Origin: Takakia lepidozioides
Taxonomy: Eukaryota > Plantae > Bryophyta
DNA: 64,000 bases
NCBI GenBank assembly: GCA_030704615.1
Contig: CM060731.1
Location: 22,940,001-23,004,000, forward strand
Reading direction: 5' to 3'
In this document: one piece after another, positions 12,317 through 26,040 of the stretch
How positions within the stretch are numbered: the first letter of the stretch is position 1
Layout of the letters: the number at the start of each line of letters is the position of its first letter
Made by a program: the position numbers and the translations under genes
The notes under the pieces: generated by a model
What the model was told of the DNA's origin: nothing
The model's database searches: none
Seen by the model: the letters and a program-made list of their open reading frames with translations, nothing else

Positions 12317-15300
12317 TCAGCTATCTTTTCCTTTTGTGACGCTCATGAGGGCTTTGCGAGCTTCTTTAGACTCATAATGCATTTTCTCTAGAGTTGAGAG
12401 CCATGCTTCCAAAATCTGCTTCTGCCCATGTCGGTAGGCCAACAGAGCTGCCCATATTGCCTCTTCTGAAGGCAACAGCTCAAGTCGTGGAGCAAAGCCA
12501 TTAGTGGACTGTGATTGCCCACAATCTTGCCACAGCTTTTGGTCGTCATCTGCTGAGCCCCCTGCCAGACTTTTGTAAGTCACAGATATGAGCTTTCTCA
12601 ATGTGCCAATGGCTTTGTATGACCTGCGCACAAACAAGCCAGTGAGAAATCATAAGCTGCTTTCAAGCAACAATTTCTGCCATAATGACTTTCTGTGGTC
12701 TGGTGTCTCTCAAATGCTTGTCTGTACTTTTCTCATGGTAGGAAGTGTAATCACTGGGATCCATCTCTGATGCAGATGGAAGTCTCGAGGCTGAGCCAAA
12801 AGCCCTAGTTATTGGGCAAACCACACACAGCAGATTGATGCTTGTGTAAAGGGATTTCTAGAGGATATCTGGAAAACTTGGATCAACTTGGTAAGTCATA
12901 CTACTGGTGTCAGGACAAAGGTAGTTTCTGTCCCTTTGTGTTCAGCTCAAACTGAGCGCGGGGTCAGTGGCCACAAGGCTCACCAGACAACGTCTTATGA
13001 GTACACGAAAGTGGAGGTACATACCTGCTAGGAGTCTGCAACATTTGCACAAAGCTCAAGGCTGCTGCAGATGCCAAATCATGTGCTGTTCTTGCCCTAG
13101 TCCTGTGCTCCTCCATGACGGTGATGTGTTCGTCCCTGTCTCCAATCACTGGACACCAGCCTTCCTCTGCTTGAGCAGATGCCAGTTTAGCATGTTTCAC
13201 AGAAGCCTGTACATGTGCAAGATGACTGTAAAAAATTAGAGAAGCGTCCTTTCTTCAGAGGCGTGCACCAAAAAGGTGCCATCAGACATCTGCTGGTAGA
13301 AACCATAAACAACATAGACATAGAATGTGGTAATCTACTGTAGTAACAGCCAGAGCTTGATGTATGCAGGTGCAACTTTTCGGGAGATGACATTGATCTT
13401 ACCAAAACATGAGAAGCACCACACTGCTCAAGTATCTCAGAACTGTCAATACTACACAGGGCTACTGCCGCCAGCAGAAGGGTTGGCATGGGATCCTTAG
13501 TCAAATAGTGAACAGTTCCCAACCCAGAGGCTTGGAGCAACTGTTCCTTTGTACCTGCCATCATGCAATCATAGAACTTCAAACTGTGATCATAGGACAA
13601 TCAAAATCTCTGGAGCAAATGGATTAGATGCTTTCCACCAAATCAGTTTTTGAAGCTACTTCAAATTCTCTGTAGTTGACTAGCGCATTTTAGTGGCTTG
13701 ATACAACTTGTGGATAAACTTTAACCCCGTACTACCTACTTGTCAGTATTCATTCTCTAAGCCAGATAATCCAGGGAAGGAAGAAAGAAGGGAAACCCAT
13801 TCTTATCTTTTTCTTGGATGTCAAAAAGGCTTATGACACAGTCTGGAGAGATGGTCTATGGCTCCGACTCTGGTCATCTGGGATCAAGGGAAAGACGTGG
13901 AGAGTGGTCCATAACTTGTATGCTCACACCAAAAGCTGTGTCACTATTAATGGACAGAAGTCTAACTTCTTTGACATAGACCAAGTTGTAGCTCAAGGAT
14001 GTACCCTCTCCCCTCTGCTCTTCAATGTTTTCATCAATCAACTCCTCGACGATGTGGAAAGTCAGGGATTTGGGTTAAAGGTGGGTGATGCCACCATACC
14101 AGCCCTTATGTTTGTGGATGACTTCACAGGCATAGGGAGGACTCCTTCTCCAGGAGTTGATTGGAAGAGATACTTTGATCTGTCAGTAAATGCGCAGTGG
14201 TGGCATTCAACGACTGAGGGGAGGGAGGAGGTGATCTTAAGTGGCAGTGGGGAAGCCAAGAGGTTCTGGTCCTCCCTTCCTACACATACCTTGGCGTTGA
14301 GTTTTCCTCCAACTGTAATTGGGATACACATATTTTCAAAAAGTCGTTCAATCTGGGAAGCGCAAAGCACTGGGTCTCACTAAATTGTTCCACTGCAGAA
14401 GGATCAACTCTGAAGTCAAATAAACCATGCTTTGCCGCATTATCAGGCCTGCCTTGGCGTACGCATCTACAGTATGGTTGATAACTCCAACCAGGCTAAG
14501 TCTCTAGAATCCATGCACGTGGGGGTGCTTAAGGAGTGCTTGCTCCAAAACAGCCAATGTGGCTGTTCGGGCCGAGTTTGGCATCCCTTCCTTAAGCCCC
14601 CGACAAAATGAATTCAAGGTGAGATGGTGGGGTCAGCTGCAACAAATGTCTACGATCAGATATCCTGAGTTAATCGACTCAATATCTTGGAAGCAGGTAT
14701 CTAAGCAGGTATCTAAGCCCGCAAGTATTGACCCTGCTGGATAAATCTGACTTAGAGAGGCTGTAGTGTCAAAAGCCATGTCTGTTGCCAGGAAATTGTC
14801 TGATGAAAATGAAGTTAGGCAGAAAACTCCCTGAACTTGTTTCCAGTCTGTGACATGGGAGAGGCCATCATGGATGACCTCAAGGGTTTACCCACCCTCG
14901 GCACTAGACTGAAATTTAAACTCGGGGCGGGAAGCCTACCTTTGTACAGCAAACAGATGCAGTGAGGAAAGAGGGATTGCAATTGCCTGGCATTGTGCGG
15001 GCAACCTGAAGACAACATCCATTTTCTGATTCATTGTCCTGGGTACTCTCACGAGAGAGATGCCCTCTTCAAATCCATCAAGGGAATTGCGCCTGAGCCT
15101 CTGATTACCAACTTTGAAAGTATTGAGCCTGAGCCAAAAGCCCAGGCCCTTTTGGGGCCTGGTTATTGGGCAAACCACACACAGCAGATTGATGCTTGTG
15201 TGAAGGGGGATTCTGGAAAACTTGGATCAATTGTCTGTTCCAAGGTAAGTCATACTACCGGTGTCAGCCCCTGACAAAGGTAGTTTCTGTCCCTTTGTGT

Positions 15301-18300
15301 TCCGCTCAAACTGAGTGTGGGGTCAATGGCCACAAGGCTACGGCAAACAACGTCTTATGAGTACAGTATTCATGATAGACCAGTACTGGAACTAGACATC
15401 ATCAAACGGTGTAGGTTGTCATATTCAACAAGATAAGTTGACTGTCTTTGTTCAGCTCAATGTTCTGCATTGTATTGCAACCTCGCATGTATCTACTTGA
15501 TAATCATGAATTCTGGTCGCAGGCTCCCACTGTGTGAGACAAAATACATGACAATTCACAGCAATGCAAGAAAAAACAGATGTGAAGCTAGGTGCTTAAA
15601 TAGAAAAATGGATCCATGCCAGAGCAGGCATGACATATGGTGCATAATGCACCCCACAGGGCTATGGCCTTCTCTGTGGCAGGTGGACACTTCCCAAGTG
15701 CTGTAACTGGTGCAACAAGATGGCCCAATCCTTTCTCCAAGGACGCACAAGCCCCCACGTACCCAAGACATCAGGTGACCGGTTGATGACACCTTTATAG
15801 TGGATGACATCAACTTATGTAGCTTTTGAACTTGCAACACAGTCTTGTGCCCTAATAACTGGGCCATCTAGTCGATGCTTAGCTTGATTTCTCTTTCTCC
15901 TTTAGTCTGATGGGCGCAGGGTTTATGGCCACAAGTCTACGTCCCATAGTACATTCTCATGTAGTCTTTACCAGTCACCTAGTAGGTGAGTTGGCATGAA
16001 CACCAACCTACTTATATCTACCTCATAATGATAAAGCAGGAGCATAATATTGCACCAAAAGGCAGCACCAAAGTCCATTTTTAAAGGCCTGCTTCCAACT
16101 CCAACTGTTATCACATTCTACCTTTCTTCAACAGAGTTTGTTTCTCACCTGCTAGTGAGTCCTGGGGAGCCACACCAATGCAAAGCTCCACCACATCACG
16201 CTTGTTGTTTATCCTAGCTGCACTTGCCCTAAGCTGGACATTTCGTTTAAAATTCATCTCAGAACTTGTGCTGCATTTGTGTCATATTGCCATTAAGCAG
16301 CAATATCTGATTCAAAAAATGAACAACTCACTACCTCAAAAGGATCTGCAATGCAGTTGAGATGTGTTATGTCCTTTTCCATGATCTCAAAATCAGCATT
16401 GATTACCATCAAACCTCACAAATAGCACGCTCACCCATTTCCAGTCTAGCAAAGGTCAAGAAACCTGGGATTTGTTCAAACCTGAAGTAGGCAGGTCTCA
16501 TTATCCAATTCACAAGAGGGTACTTGAAGAGAGCAACCTGCCTGCATCCAACCCCCACACTTGTCTAGCAATATGCAATGGGATCACTCATTAAACAACC
16601 ATGGCATCACCATGCAATGCCCTGACTGTCCTGAGCAATGACACTATCCACCTGCCTTGCCTATGCTCTGAATAGGCGCATGAAAGCACCCTTCCATGTC
16701 CTCCAAAATGTAGTACTAATACTGCATTTCTTTGGTTTTCATTGAAGCTCTCAAGATTCATCTCATCTATTGGCTGTTGCAGGGCATCCAGGAGCCACAT
16801 TAAAAACACAACATCCCCTTGACATATAAAGCCTAGAGATTTCCTTTCTTTTGTTCCTTTGGCATATGCATCACCAAGGACGGTAGCACTGTAGCTATAA
16901 TGGAGCCCGCCTTGAAATGTATGCACCCGGTTGTTGACCTCAATCCACCTGCACCCTGGATCCTTCCTGATACCCCTCTCCGCCTACAGTCTCTATCCCC
17001 AGATCATAACAAAACTTCAGCAGATCCTAAACAATCCTAGGCCAGCTTTCAGATTCAGTCTCTAAAAAGAAGAAACGCCACTTTTGACCAATAATGTTTC
17101 CTCATGACTCGCATGACCTGTGTCTTTCAGGTTCTTGTACTTGAAATGTAGTTTGTTAAGAAGAAAACCTGTAAGGGGCAAAGCGTGTGAACAGTAAGCA
17201 GGCCTGCTGATTTGTTCCACTGGCACCGTACGACAGCCCCTTCAATATCAGCAGGCAATGTGCTTAGGATGGGAGCCAGAACCAGCAATGATGTCTCCAA
17301 AAGGTCACATTCAGTAGAGTCATCAGAGGCAGCCTCTCCACATTCAGCTACCAGCCCAATGGTGCGAGCACACTCCTCAACTACTACATCTGCCCACAGC
17401 CACTGTTCAAGAGTACATGCCTGCCAAACCAATGGTTGATTGTCACAGTTCATTAGATAATACAGTAAATTCAGCAGTTTACGACCATAGTTCGCAAAGG
17501 AGTCACTCAAAAAGTGGAACCATCCTGTATATTCATTCATTTAAGCCTCCAAATGTAGCAGCCACCAGTCAAGCACAGTGAACTCTGGAAGGCCATAAGC
17601 AAGCTGTGTGGGACAGGTGCTCACTGCTCCCTGTAGTGAGCTCACCAGCAGGCTTCTACAATGCAATTGCTTTGAGAATTGAAGCTTGCACAAACTTGGA
17701 AATAGTAATCAGCCCACCTCATTTGCAAGGATGTGGGGATATGCATGTCGAAGAGGCTCCAGGATGCTTGCATACTACAAAGACACAAACCAGCACTTTT
17801 ATTTAACAAGGTCTGGCATAGACCATCAACAGTCCCATATCTGAGCTCAGGAAAACACTCTTCTGAGGTTAAACTATCTGGGGATGAAGTCTGAACATGA
17901 ACACATCCCTGCTCTGGCCGGACAATCATTCAATTGCTTCCACAGATAATGATAAAATGTTTGAAAGACTGACTTGGAGTTGAAGATCCTCCATGCGCTG
18001 AGAGACACCCTCCATAAGGACTGTTCCCTTGAGGCCTTCCTGCAATTCTGAGCCAAAGCAAACCTGTGTTTGAATACACTTATCAGCTAAGGTCCCAATC
18101 CTTTTGGCATTGTTAAATGTCTGTTCGAACAACTGGAAACCTGTAAATGCACACGTGTGGTTCAAACATGACATAGGGAAACTTGGAAAATGTGCACCAT
18201 CATGCCTTCACAAGTTCAGTTGCACATGCACTCTGGTTGTATCAGCTGAACAAAAACAGAGTAGATTAGGTCTGAGGAGGACAGACCGGAGAGGCACTGC

Positions 18301-21300
18301 AGTAAACAAGGTGTTTAATAAAGGGAGCCCATCGTGATGCAGTACCGATTCCATATTCATACAAAAGCAACAGCCGCAGCACAATACTCTCCTCTACTCC
18401 TTTCATCTGCAGCCAGACATTGTGCAAAGGAGGTGAAAGCTCGTCAATTCTCATGAGTGTTGGAAGGTTCCTAATTTCTTACTTGGATATCCCAGCCTTA
18501 ACCAGTCACATATTGCAAGGCATGCAAGTTTGCCTTGGGGTCAATCTCATAGTGAGCATGGTGTACATCAGCCCGGCACCCAATCATAGTGCACTTCAAT
18601 TGCACAAGTATAGCAGGTCGTCCAACCTTCACATTACCTACCTTGCCGAGAGCCTCACTGAGAGGGTGGGCTGCATTGTAGGCAATTTCTGCAGACATCA
18701 CCATCTTTTCAGGGATTGTAAGCAGCACTTCACCTGCAGATATAAACGTCTCTGCTTGTCAAGGACTATGTGGGTAAGAAAGTTATGGATATCAAGAGGA
18801 TTTGCTGTTCGAGCTGAAGAAACTGCCTGATGATAAATATGAGCTCCTGTTGACAATCTACTTGGAAGTCAAGGAAGAGTGACTAAGTGCAGGTGCTGTA
18901 TGGAATTCAGCTTGAATGCTAGATGAATTGATAGGGGATAACGTACCAATTTTTAAGTCTTCTGTGACAAGTAAAGCCGGTCTACTTCTTTCACAATCAC
19001 TGATATCCAAGACCTTGCACATTTTCAAAGAGTTGGCTAACATCCATCTTCCATAAGCTTCCTTCCTAAGCAGCACACTCTTCTGTGTCTGATTTGTACC
19101 CTGGTGCAGTTGATTTGTGAAAGAAATTTGCTGCTCTGTATCAGAAAGCCAACAATTTGATTAGCAAAGGCTGTCACAAGCATAGTTTACATGTAGTCTT
19201 TGTGAAGCATGCATACCACGAGGCTATTGTAGTACTAAGTGTAGTGAAGAGTGAAACCTCTGCATCTGGTAATGCTTACAACAATGCTAGGAGTTTCAAA
19301 TGGAGCTAGTAATGGATGAATGAAATACTCGTAGATGATTGCAAGAACACTATGCAGGGAAATGCAAACATGAACTGGAGTGGAGACCAAATCCATAACA
19401 ATTACCTTCCCTTCCAAGCTCCTCATGTTGAACCCTTAAGGTAACAGCTGCGCACACTCCAAGGGCATGCAATGCCGCTTGCACAATCTCCTATGCAAGC
19501 AACAAAGCAATTTGAACCCATTATGAATGGCTGTGCACAACTATGTCATTTCTGGCAACCTGTTGCTCTTATGGAGGAAAAAGTCTTTTACCTTCTGACC
19601 CATTCGGTATATCACAGAAAACTTTTCACGTTCTGAGGGTGTTGACTTGTGCTTTGCCACACCTTGTTGTTGCTCCCAGCATGCAAGCAGTTGGCAGTCA
19701 CTCTCTACTGTAGGGCCTCCAGCAAATTTCATTGCCGACTTGGCCAGCAATTGTCGCAGTGAGGAGATTGCCTTGAGCTTAGAGGCTGTACACTGCAATG
19801 TGGCCCACTACTTCAGCCACAGAAAATCAACTGAACTGAGTAAGCTTCCCTCATCCTACTCCACATTGCACATTACTTCAACAAACACTTTGTTGGATAC
19901 AACTAATTGTGCATTCTTTACTGGCTTTCATGTCCCTTGTCTAAGTTTTGCCTCCAAATGTCTGCAAGACAGCTCAAATGAACGTGCACCTAGGCCTCAT
20001 TATTGGGCCTTGATTCTCATCCTTGTACATATGCTACATTCAAAGTGACTCACCTTATTTAGTCTAGGCAACCCCCAAGACCACACTATAAAAGGAAAAA
20101 ACACTACCTTTCAACCTCGAAAGCACTTGGAGAGTAGAGATGACAGATACCTCCACAGAGGAAGAGGGTGCAGTTGGAGCACCCCAGCCAAGGCCAGTGC
20201 CAATGTATGCAGCTGAGTTAGGGAGAACACATAGTTGGGCAGCATCAAAGAGAGCCCTGGGCAGTGGCTCTCTCAGGGAGATCTGATACTCCGCAGGTAT
20301 TCCCAACTTCCACAAAAGCTCCTTCCTAGCCTCAGCACCAGTGCCGACTTCTTCCGGTGCTATTTTTCTGCCAAGCTCTGTGCCAGTCCAATTTTCTTGG
20401 CAGCAAGTCAGCCCCATGCGGATGTAGAAAACATCCGCAGGATTTGACCTTAAACAAAATCCATATCCCTGTAAAAGTTCGTCATTTGGCTGCAAGGAAA
20501 TGGATGACAGTGTGATGAGACCAAGCATGAAAATTTCATAGCCAAACACTGCACAGAAGTGAAAGACAATGTCTTAAACATTTGGATTGGAAAATTGGCT
20601 CTTTTTGTCTATCAGACCTGACATTTCCCACAGTTTGTTTTTGTTTCATTTAAAAGCATTTGACCACCTAAATGAAAGTGGGAGCAAAGGTGTGTACAAC
20701 TAAAGAATGTCCAAAACTTCTCCATGTCCAAGAGCGGCATTTGTCAAGTTGCACCTAGGACTTTTTGATGGGGAAAGGAGTACCTTCTGACCATAGTTAT
20801 TGCATATCTGGGTAGAGGCTGGCAAAGCAGCATCAGAAATAAACTGCACTGTGCCTTCCAACTCATTTGTAAGCCAGGTCACACTGTCCCCAACACCCAG
20901 AATTTAACATTAAATCACCTTGGTCACATCTTGTGTGGCCTGGCCATGCCCAACCAGAAGATTATGGAAGCATGAGAGTGTTCTGAGGCACCCTTGCTAT
21001 ATTAGTGTTAGGTGTCCTTCAGCAGCCAGCTGAATCCCCATTATGTCTCCTTGACACAAACAACAATGTCCTGGTTGATTCTCTTCACTATCAATGAGCT
21101 GTGGAAAGGCCACAGGACAGAGCAACTTCAGCAGCAACGTGAACAAAAAGAGATGGGGTGCATCAGAAAAGATGGGGAACTGACTGCGCAGAAGGAGAGT
21201 GGTCGAACATGTCAAAGAAAGGCACCAAGACCTCTATACGCCTCTCATCCAGCAGAAGAGTGAACCCACGTGACTGCACGACTGTGCACGCCCACAGCAA

Positions 21301-23289
21301 TGATGCCCACTGCAGTGCCCCTTCTGCAGATGGCCAGAGTTTCCTGAGACTCTGTGCAATTTCAATGCCACCTACTTGGAAGGAAGGTGAGCTAATCCTG
21401 CCACTTGACCATTTAGTCATCATCATGACATACATACTTGTACATGTTCAGTCCTCTCTCAGAATTTGAAAATGAACCCTCCTGAAACTCTAATCATTTA
21501 ATAGAACAGAAATGTTCACACCTCACTACTCTCCCCTCAAGCCACCCAGGCAGCCTTTATCCCTTTCTGAAAAGCTAGCCATAAGATCTAGAACTATAAC
21601 TAAGAAGAAGAATTATACCAATGTGCTTGCTGGTGTTACTTGGCAGGGCAGAGAGGAAGCAAGGGCCCCATTTGGTAACAAGCTGCTCCAAGGCAGCTCG
21701 GTCCTTAACTATTGAAGCAGCTACTTTTGTGCCTTGAAGGTGGGCCAGCTCCTCTTCTCTGACAGTGCAAACGTCCATGTGCACACACTAAAGCTCATGC
21801 TCACGATGCTGTTGCTGTCACAAACTATGTATTGTGCTCTCTCTTGCTCGGACGAGAGGGAAAATTCAAAATTCCATGACTACCCAACTCATACTGCCAT
21901 AAACCTTGACAATAAGAAGACATAGGCGCATAAACATCTACAAATGCATACATGATTTCAACATACAGACAGACACTTGCAGAAACCACTGAGAACGCTT
22001 ACGTGAACCAGAGAGGCGTATTGAAGGAATGCGGTATGGCTCCCAGATATGGGGCCCAGAACGAGCACTCTCCTTTCGCACGCTCCATGGCCACAAATAA
22101 GGTCAGCCTGCCCCATTCCATCCCCCCATGACCCGTGATGAACAAGATGTGAAATAAATGCGAACAAATGGGTAAGTTCACAGACATTGTCTTTGCCGGT
22201 CATAAATTCTTATTGCCAGCACGGGCAAAGTTACACCAATTAGCAGAAGGTTGCACAACAAATACACGAAGGCCCACTCACACAATCTTCACGGAGGCTC
22301 CAGCCCGTACAATCTTTTGGAACGCCCCTCTGAATGCCTCATCTTGGTACACTGTTCTTGAATGGATCTGAAACAGAGCATTTACAACCTCTCAGCCACA
22401 CTCCGTTCTATAAGCCAATTATTCATTAGAATTTAGATTGCAGCAAATCACCAAAAACATTTCATTCCTACTCTCCCCTACCTTCCCCTTTCCCAAGGTT
22501 TTGAGGAGACTGAATCCAAATTACAGGCAGGCCTCCTGCACACTTCCCCTGAACCTTACAATGCAAACTGAGGTGCATACAGGAGTGCAAGGACATGCTA
22601 TGAAGTAAAGAAAAGGCATGTGAGGTTCTTCAAGCCAGAAAGAGCATAAAACGTTGTGGATTAGGCATGTATGATGAGCAAGTAAGAGTTCCCCCTGGCA
22701 GACTCTACCCAGAAGTAGGCCCCAGCCTTTACTATACAATCCGAACCACGACCTCTATTTTCATTAACAGAACTCACAAAACCAGACCACCTGTACTGTA
22801 TTGGGAGATAGAGGGGAAGGGTGAAGGGTGAAAGTCCAAGAGCTACCCAAGCCTGTCTTTTCTTGGAAGTAGATGTATACAGTGATGAGGTTGGAAGTAG
22901 GTGTGTAACCGTGGAATAGTGCTTCGTAGCTTATAAAAGCGCTGAGGAAACGAAGTGTGCAGGTTGGTTCTTGGATATAGACTGCATTATCTTCTCCTCC
23001 ACTTCCTCAAGCAAGAAGGCACCATGATGTGTCAATTTCTCTTGACCGAAAGACAGAAACGACGGTTACAAACAAAGATAGAGATTTTTACCAGGAGATA
23101 CACAGGGACAGAGACAAGAGTGTGTTGAGCTGGAAGGTCCTTGCAAGTATAGAAACAGCGCCCATCCACCCTCACACCTTGCAAAACCACTCCATTTGAT
23201 TCCCCCCAGCTTATGAGCGCCCTCACATCCTGGTCCGCTCCTATACTCACCATCCCATCCTGTACACTCTCCATCTCCGATCCACCCAT
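12317..23289 (-). CDS. Tandem double SET-domain + Rubisco-LSMT substrate-binding-type protein lysine methyltransferase (SETD3/LSMT-like), multi-exon
   Basis: Unit 1: LISWGESNGV, SFWAPYLGAIP, EEELAHLQGT, WACTVVQSRGF, LVPFFDMFDH, NNYGQKPNDELLQGYGF. Unit 2: LLVTEDLKIGEVLLTIP, SRWAPFIKHL, WLWADVVVEECA; C-terminus AYRHGQKQILE to stop at 12317. Some internal exon boundaries are uncertain. Confidence 0.8.
12790..13005 (+). mobile_element. 5'-truncated 3' fragment of the same LINE family as 13754-15363
   Basis: Near-identical to 15130-15365 (GGCAAACCACACACAGCAGATTGATGCTTGTG ... ACAACGTCTTATGAGTACA). Lies in the last intron of the SET gene. Confidence 0.85.
13754..15363 (+). mobile_element. 5'-truncated non-LTR retrotransposon (RT + C-terminal Cys/His motif), frameshifted, intronic
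   Basis: RT motifs LDVKKAYD, QGCTLSPLLF, FVDD; C-terminal CGQPEDNIHFLIHCPGY; flanked by the 10-bp direct repeat CAGTATTCAT (13744-13753, 15364-15373). Confidence 0.9.
22520..23010 (-). mobile_element. Decayed L1-type 3' fragment (zf-RVT-like) in SET intron 1
   Basis: Translation LCSFWLEEPHMPFLYFIACP resembles the C-x2-C...E...H-x4-C motif. Heavily degraded. Confidence 0.3.
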
Positions 23290-23910
23290 ATCAATTCATG
23301 TCATTTCATCCCTCGCACCCCATTCTTTCAAGGTTGCAAGAATCGCAATGCAGACATCAGCTGAAACCATCCTCATCCTTCACAAACATTTTCATCCACA
23401 ATCAGCTGTATGCTCTTAGCTCTTAAACAACCATTTTCTTCCACACAGGTCTGGAGGGCCCCTGTCTCTCTTGTTTCGTGCTTTCTCTTGTCCCATATGC
23501 TCTTTATGAAGAAGTATCATTTCATTTCATTTCTCACAATTTTAAGCTCATCCGCCCAGCTTCATGTTGAAACCGATGTTGGACTGGTGTATAGGGTCTA
23601 GCCGGGTATTGAATAACCGACCCCGCTGGTATTGGCTTTTGTAATACTATGGTTAATAACCGACCCGGCTGGTATTGGCAATTCCAATACCATGTACCCC
23701 AACTCATTTACCCAGTTTGGGAAGGTCAGGCAACCCGACACTGTGGGAAGGGCGAATCAGTGAGGTTGCAGGAGGCGCTAGCGTAGAAGTAGGAGGGGGC
23801 GATGGGAGGTAGACACCTGGATGGGTTTTTTTTTCCTTATACGGCTTGGGATGGGCCGTGGTTGATAACCGGACCGGCTGGTATTGCCAAGGTAATACCC
23901 GGGTGCATAC

Positions 23911-24790
23911 CAGTGTTGTGCGGGTTCTGGCTTTTTAAGGAACCTGCCGGGTCCGGGTGCGGGTTTTTTTCCGGAGCCAAGTCCGGGTTCGGATCCGGGT
24001 TTTTGAAATTTGGAAAATCCGGGTCCGGTTTCGGGTCCGGGTTTGTCAACACGGACTCGGGTTAGGGTCCGGGTAGTTGTTGGGAAATATTAGCGGGTTC
24101 ACAGGTTCGGATCCGGGTCCTAATTTATTGATTAAATAAATTAGAAAATTAAGATTAATTAGGGATAAATTTATTTTTGGTTGGAAAAAACTTTAAATCC
24201 TAATAATGAATTTTATTTTAAGAGACATTCCTTCAAAATATACCATGAATATGAATATGTATACCATGAATAAGAATTAAATTAAGTTTGAGTTCCATTT
24301 TCTATTTTTCAATATCAATTCTTTAAACATGTTAAGAATAGTAATATGCCTCAAGGGTAGATCACTATAGCATGGATGTGTGGGATCTGGCATAATAATA
24401 ATATATGACGTCTCCTTTGGGAGGTTTAAATTATGGTCCCAAAGGGCACAACTTTGTGACACCACTCCGGGGATTGAACCCACAACCGCTTTTGAGGTGG
24501 TATGTGGCCATTACCACTGGCTACAACGTGGTGGGGCTGGCTGCTGCTGCCTATTACTGCTCGTCCCCTCCACACATATGACAAAACCTACCAGATCTAA
24601 GGTGGACCCGGTATGCCCCATCTAAATTTAAGACCCAGACCTTGACCTGCTACATTGGCCCACCGGTAGGGGGTTTAACGGGTTCTGGACCCAGCAGGCA
24701 GGTCCGGGTCCGGGTTCATTTTAGAAATGAATCCGGGTTAGGGTAACTGGATCCTAACCCGCCTTCAAAACCCGGACCCGCACAACACTG
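23911..24790. mobile_element. hAT MITE nested in the left arm of the 12-kb element
   Basis: 15-bp perfect TIR CAGTGTTGTGCGGGT; 8-bp TSD GTGCATAC (23903-23910, 24791-24798); many TCCGGGT subterminal repeats. Confidence 0.93.
24460..24533 (-). ncRNA. Degenerate tRNA-like sequence (Pol III A and B boxes) inside the MITE
   Basis: 74 nt; ends CACCAC/GTGGTG can pair; A-box-like TAGCCAGTGG and B-box GGTTCAATCC. No recognisable anticodon stem. Confidence 0.5.
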
Positions 24791-25179
24791 GTGCATACCC
24801 GTATTATGGGCAAAAACAAGGACTATACCATGGTATGAATAGGAAATTGGTTGGGTGCACAATATGTCGGGGTAGGGGGAAGAGGGTGCATAGGGCATGT
24901 CCAACCCCAAGGGTCTGCGACTATGCTTCATTTTTTACCACATGTAGGGGGGGCCACCCCTATTCTTTAGGATGCCAGCTAGTGCCAAGTTTTTGTTTCT
25001 CGGCCACGTCGACAAGTTCTGGCTAAACCCTAATATATTTTAGCCAAAAAATCACATTTTTTTTAGCCAAATAACTATATTGCTAATAGTTGAATTATTG
25101 AAGGGGAAGAAGAGCTAAATCTCAAAGGGTGCCATATGGCCTCAACGGTCAACCATGACCAAGAAGAGAAACCCTAAAC

Positions 25180-25239
25180 ATATTTTTTACATTTATTCTA
25201 ATGATCCCTTAGAGCCAATGTAAGGATCTCTTAAATTGG

Positions 25240-25270
<31 letters not shown>

Positions 25271-26040
25271 AAATTATTTTTTACGTTTGTTGTAAGGATC
25301 CCTTATAGCATTCTAAGCCGCTCTAAGGATTTCATCGAGCGGGAAAACAAATTGGTCAACCATGACGAAGAAGATAAACCTTAAAATATTTTTTACATTT
25401 ATTCTAACGATCCCTTAATATCCTTAGAGCCAATGTAAGGATTTGTTAGATTCGGAAAAAATAAACAAGCTAAATTGCTATTTACGTTCGTTCTAAGGAT
25501 CCCTTAGAACCGCTCTAAGCCACTCTAAGGATGTCATACAGCGGGAAAACAGAAAAAGCTAAATTGCTATTTATATTCGCTCTAAGAATCATTTAGAGCC
25601 GCTCTAAGGGTTTTTTAGAGTGGAAAAACAGAAAAAACTAATTTGCTATTTACGTTCGATCTAAGTATTACTTAGAGTAAGAAAATTTTTTAAATTTTTT
25701 TTGCTATTTACATTCGCTCTAAGGATCCCTTAGAGCCGCTCTAGGATTTTCTACAGCTGGGAAACAGAAAAAGCTAAATTGCTATTTGTATTTGCTATAG
25801 GAATCCTTCAGAGCCCGCTCTAAGGATTTATTAGAGCGGGAAAACAAAAAAAAATCTAAATGGCTATTCACATTTGATCCAAGCATTACTTAGAGTAGGA
25901 AAACAGAATAAACTATATTGCTATTTGCAATCACTCTAAGGATCCCTTAGAGCCACTCTGAGCCACTCTAAGGATTTTTTAGAGTGATTAAAAAAACAAC
26001 ACATTCACTCTAAGAGTTTCTTAGAATCACTCTAAGGAAT
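25180..26040 (+). repeat. Tandem array A of ~77-bp palindromic units (CTAAGGATCCCTTAGAGCCGCTCTAAGG core)
   Basis: About 10 degenerate units visible, each with an internal inverted repeat. Confidence 0.9.

Noticed and set aside
23802-24065. Pro-Asp / Gly-Ser repeat ORFs
   Set aside because: Translation artefacts of MITE subterminal TCCGGGT repeats.
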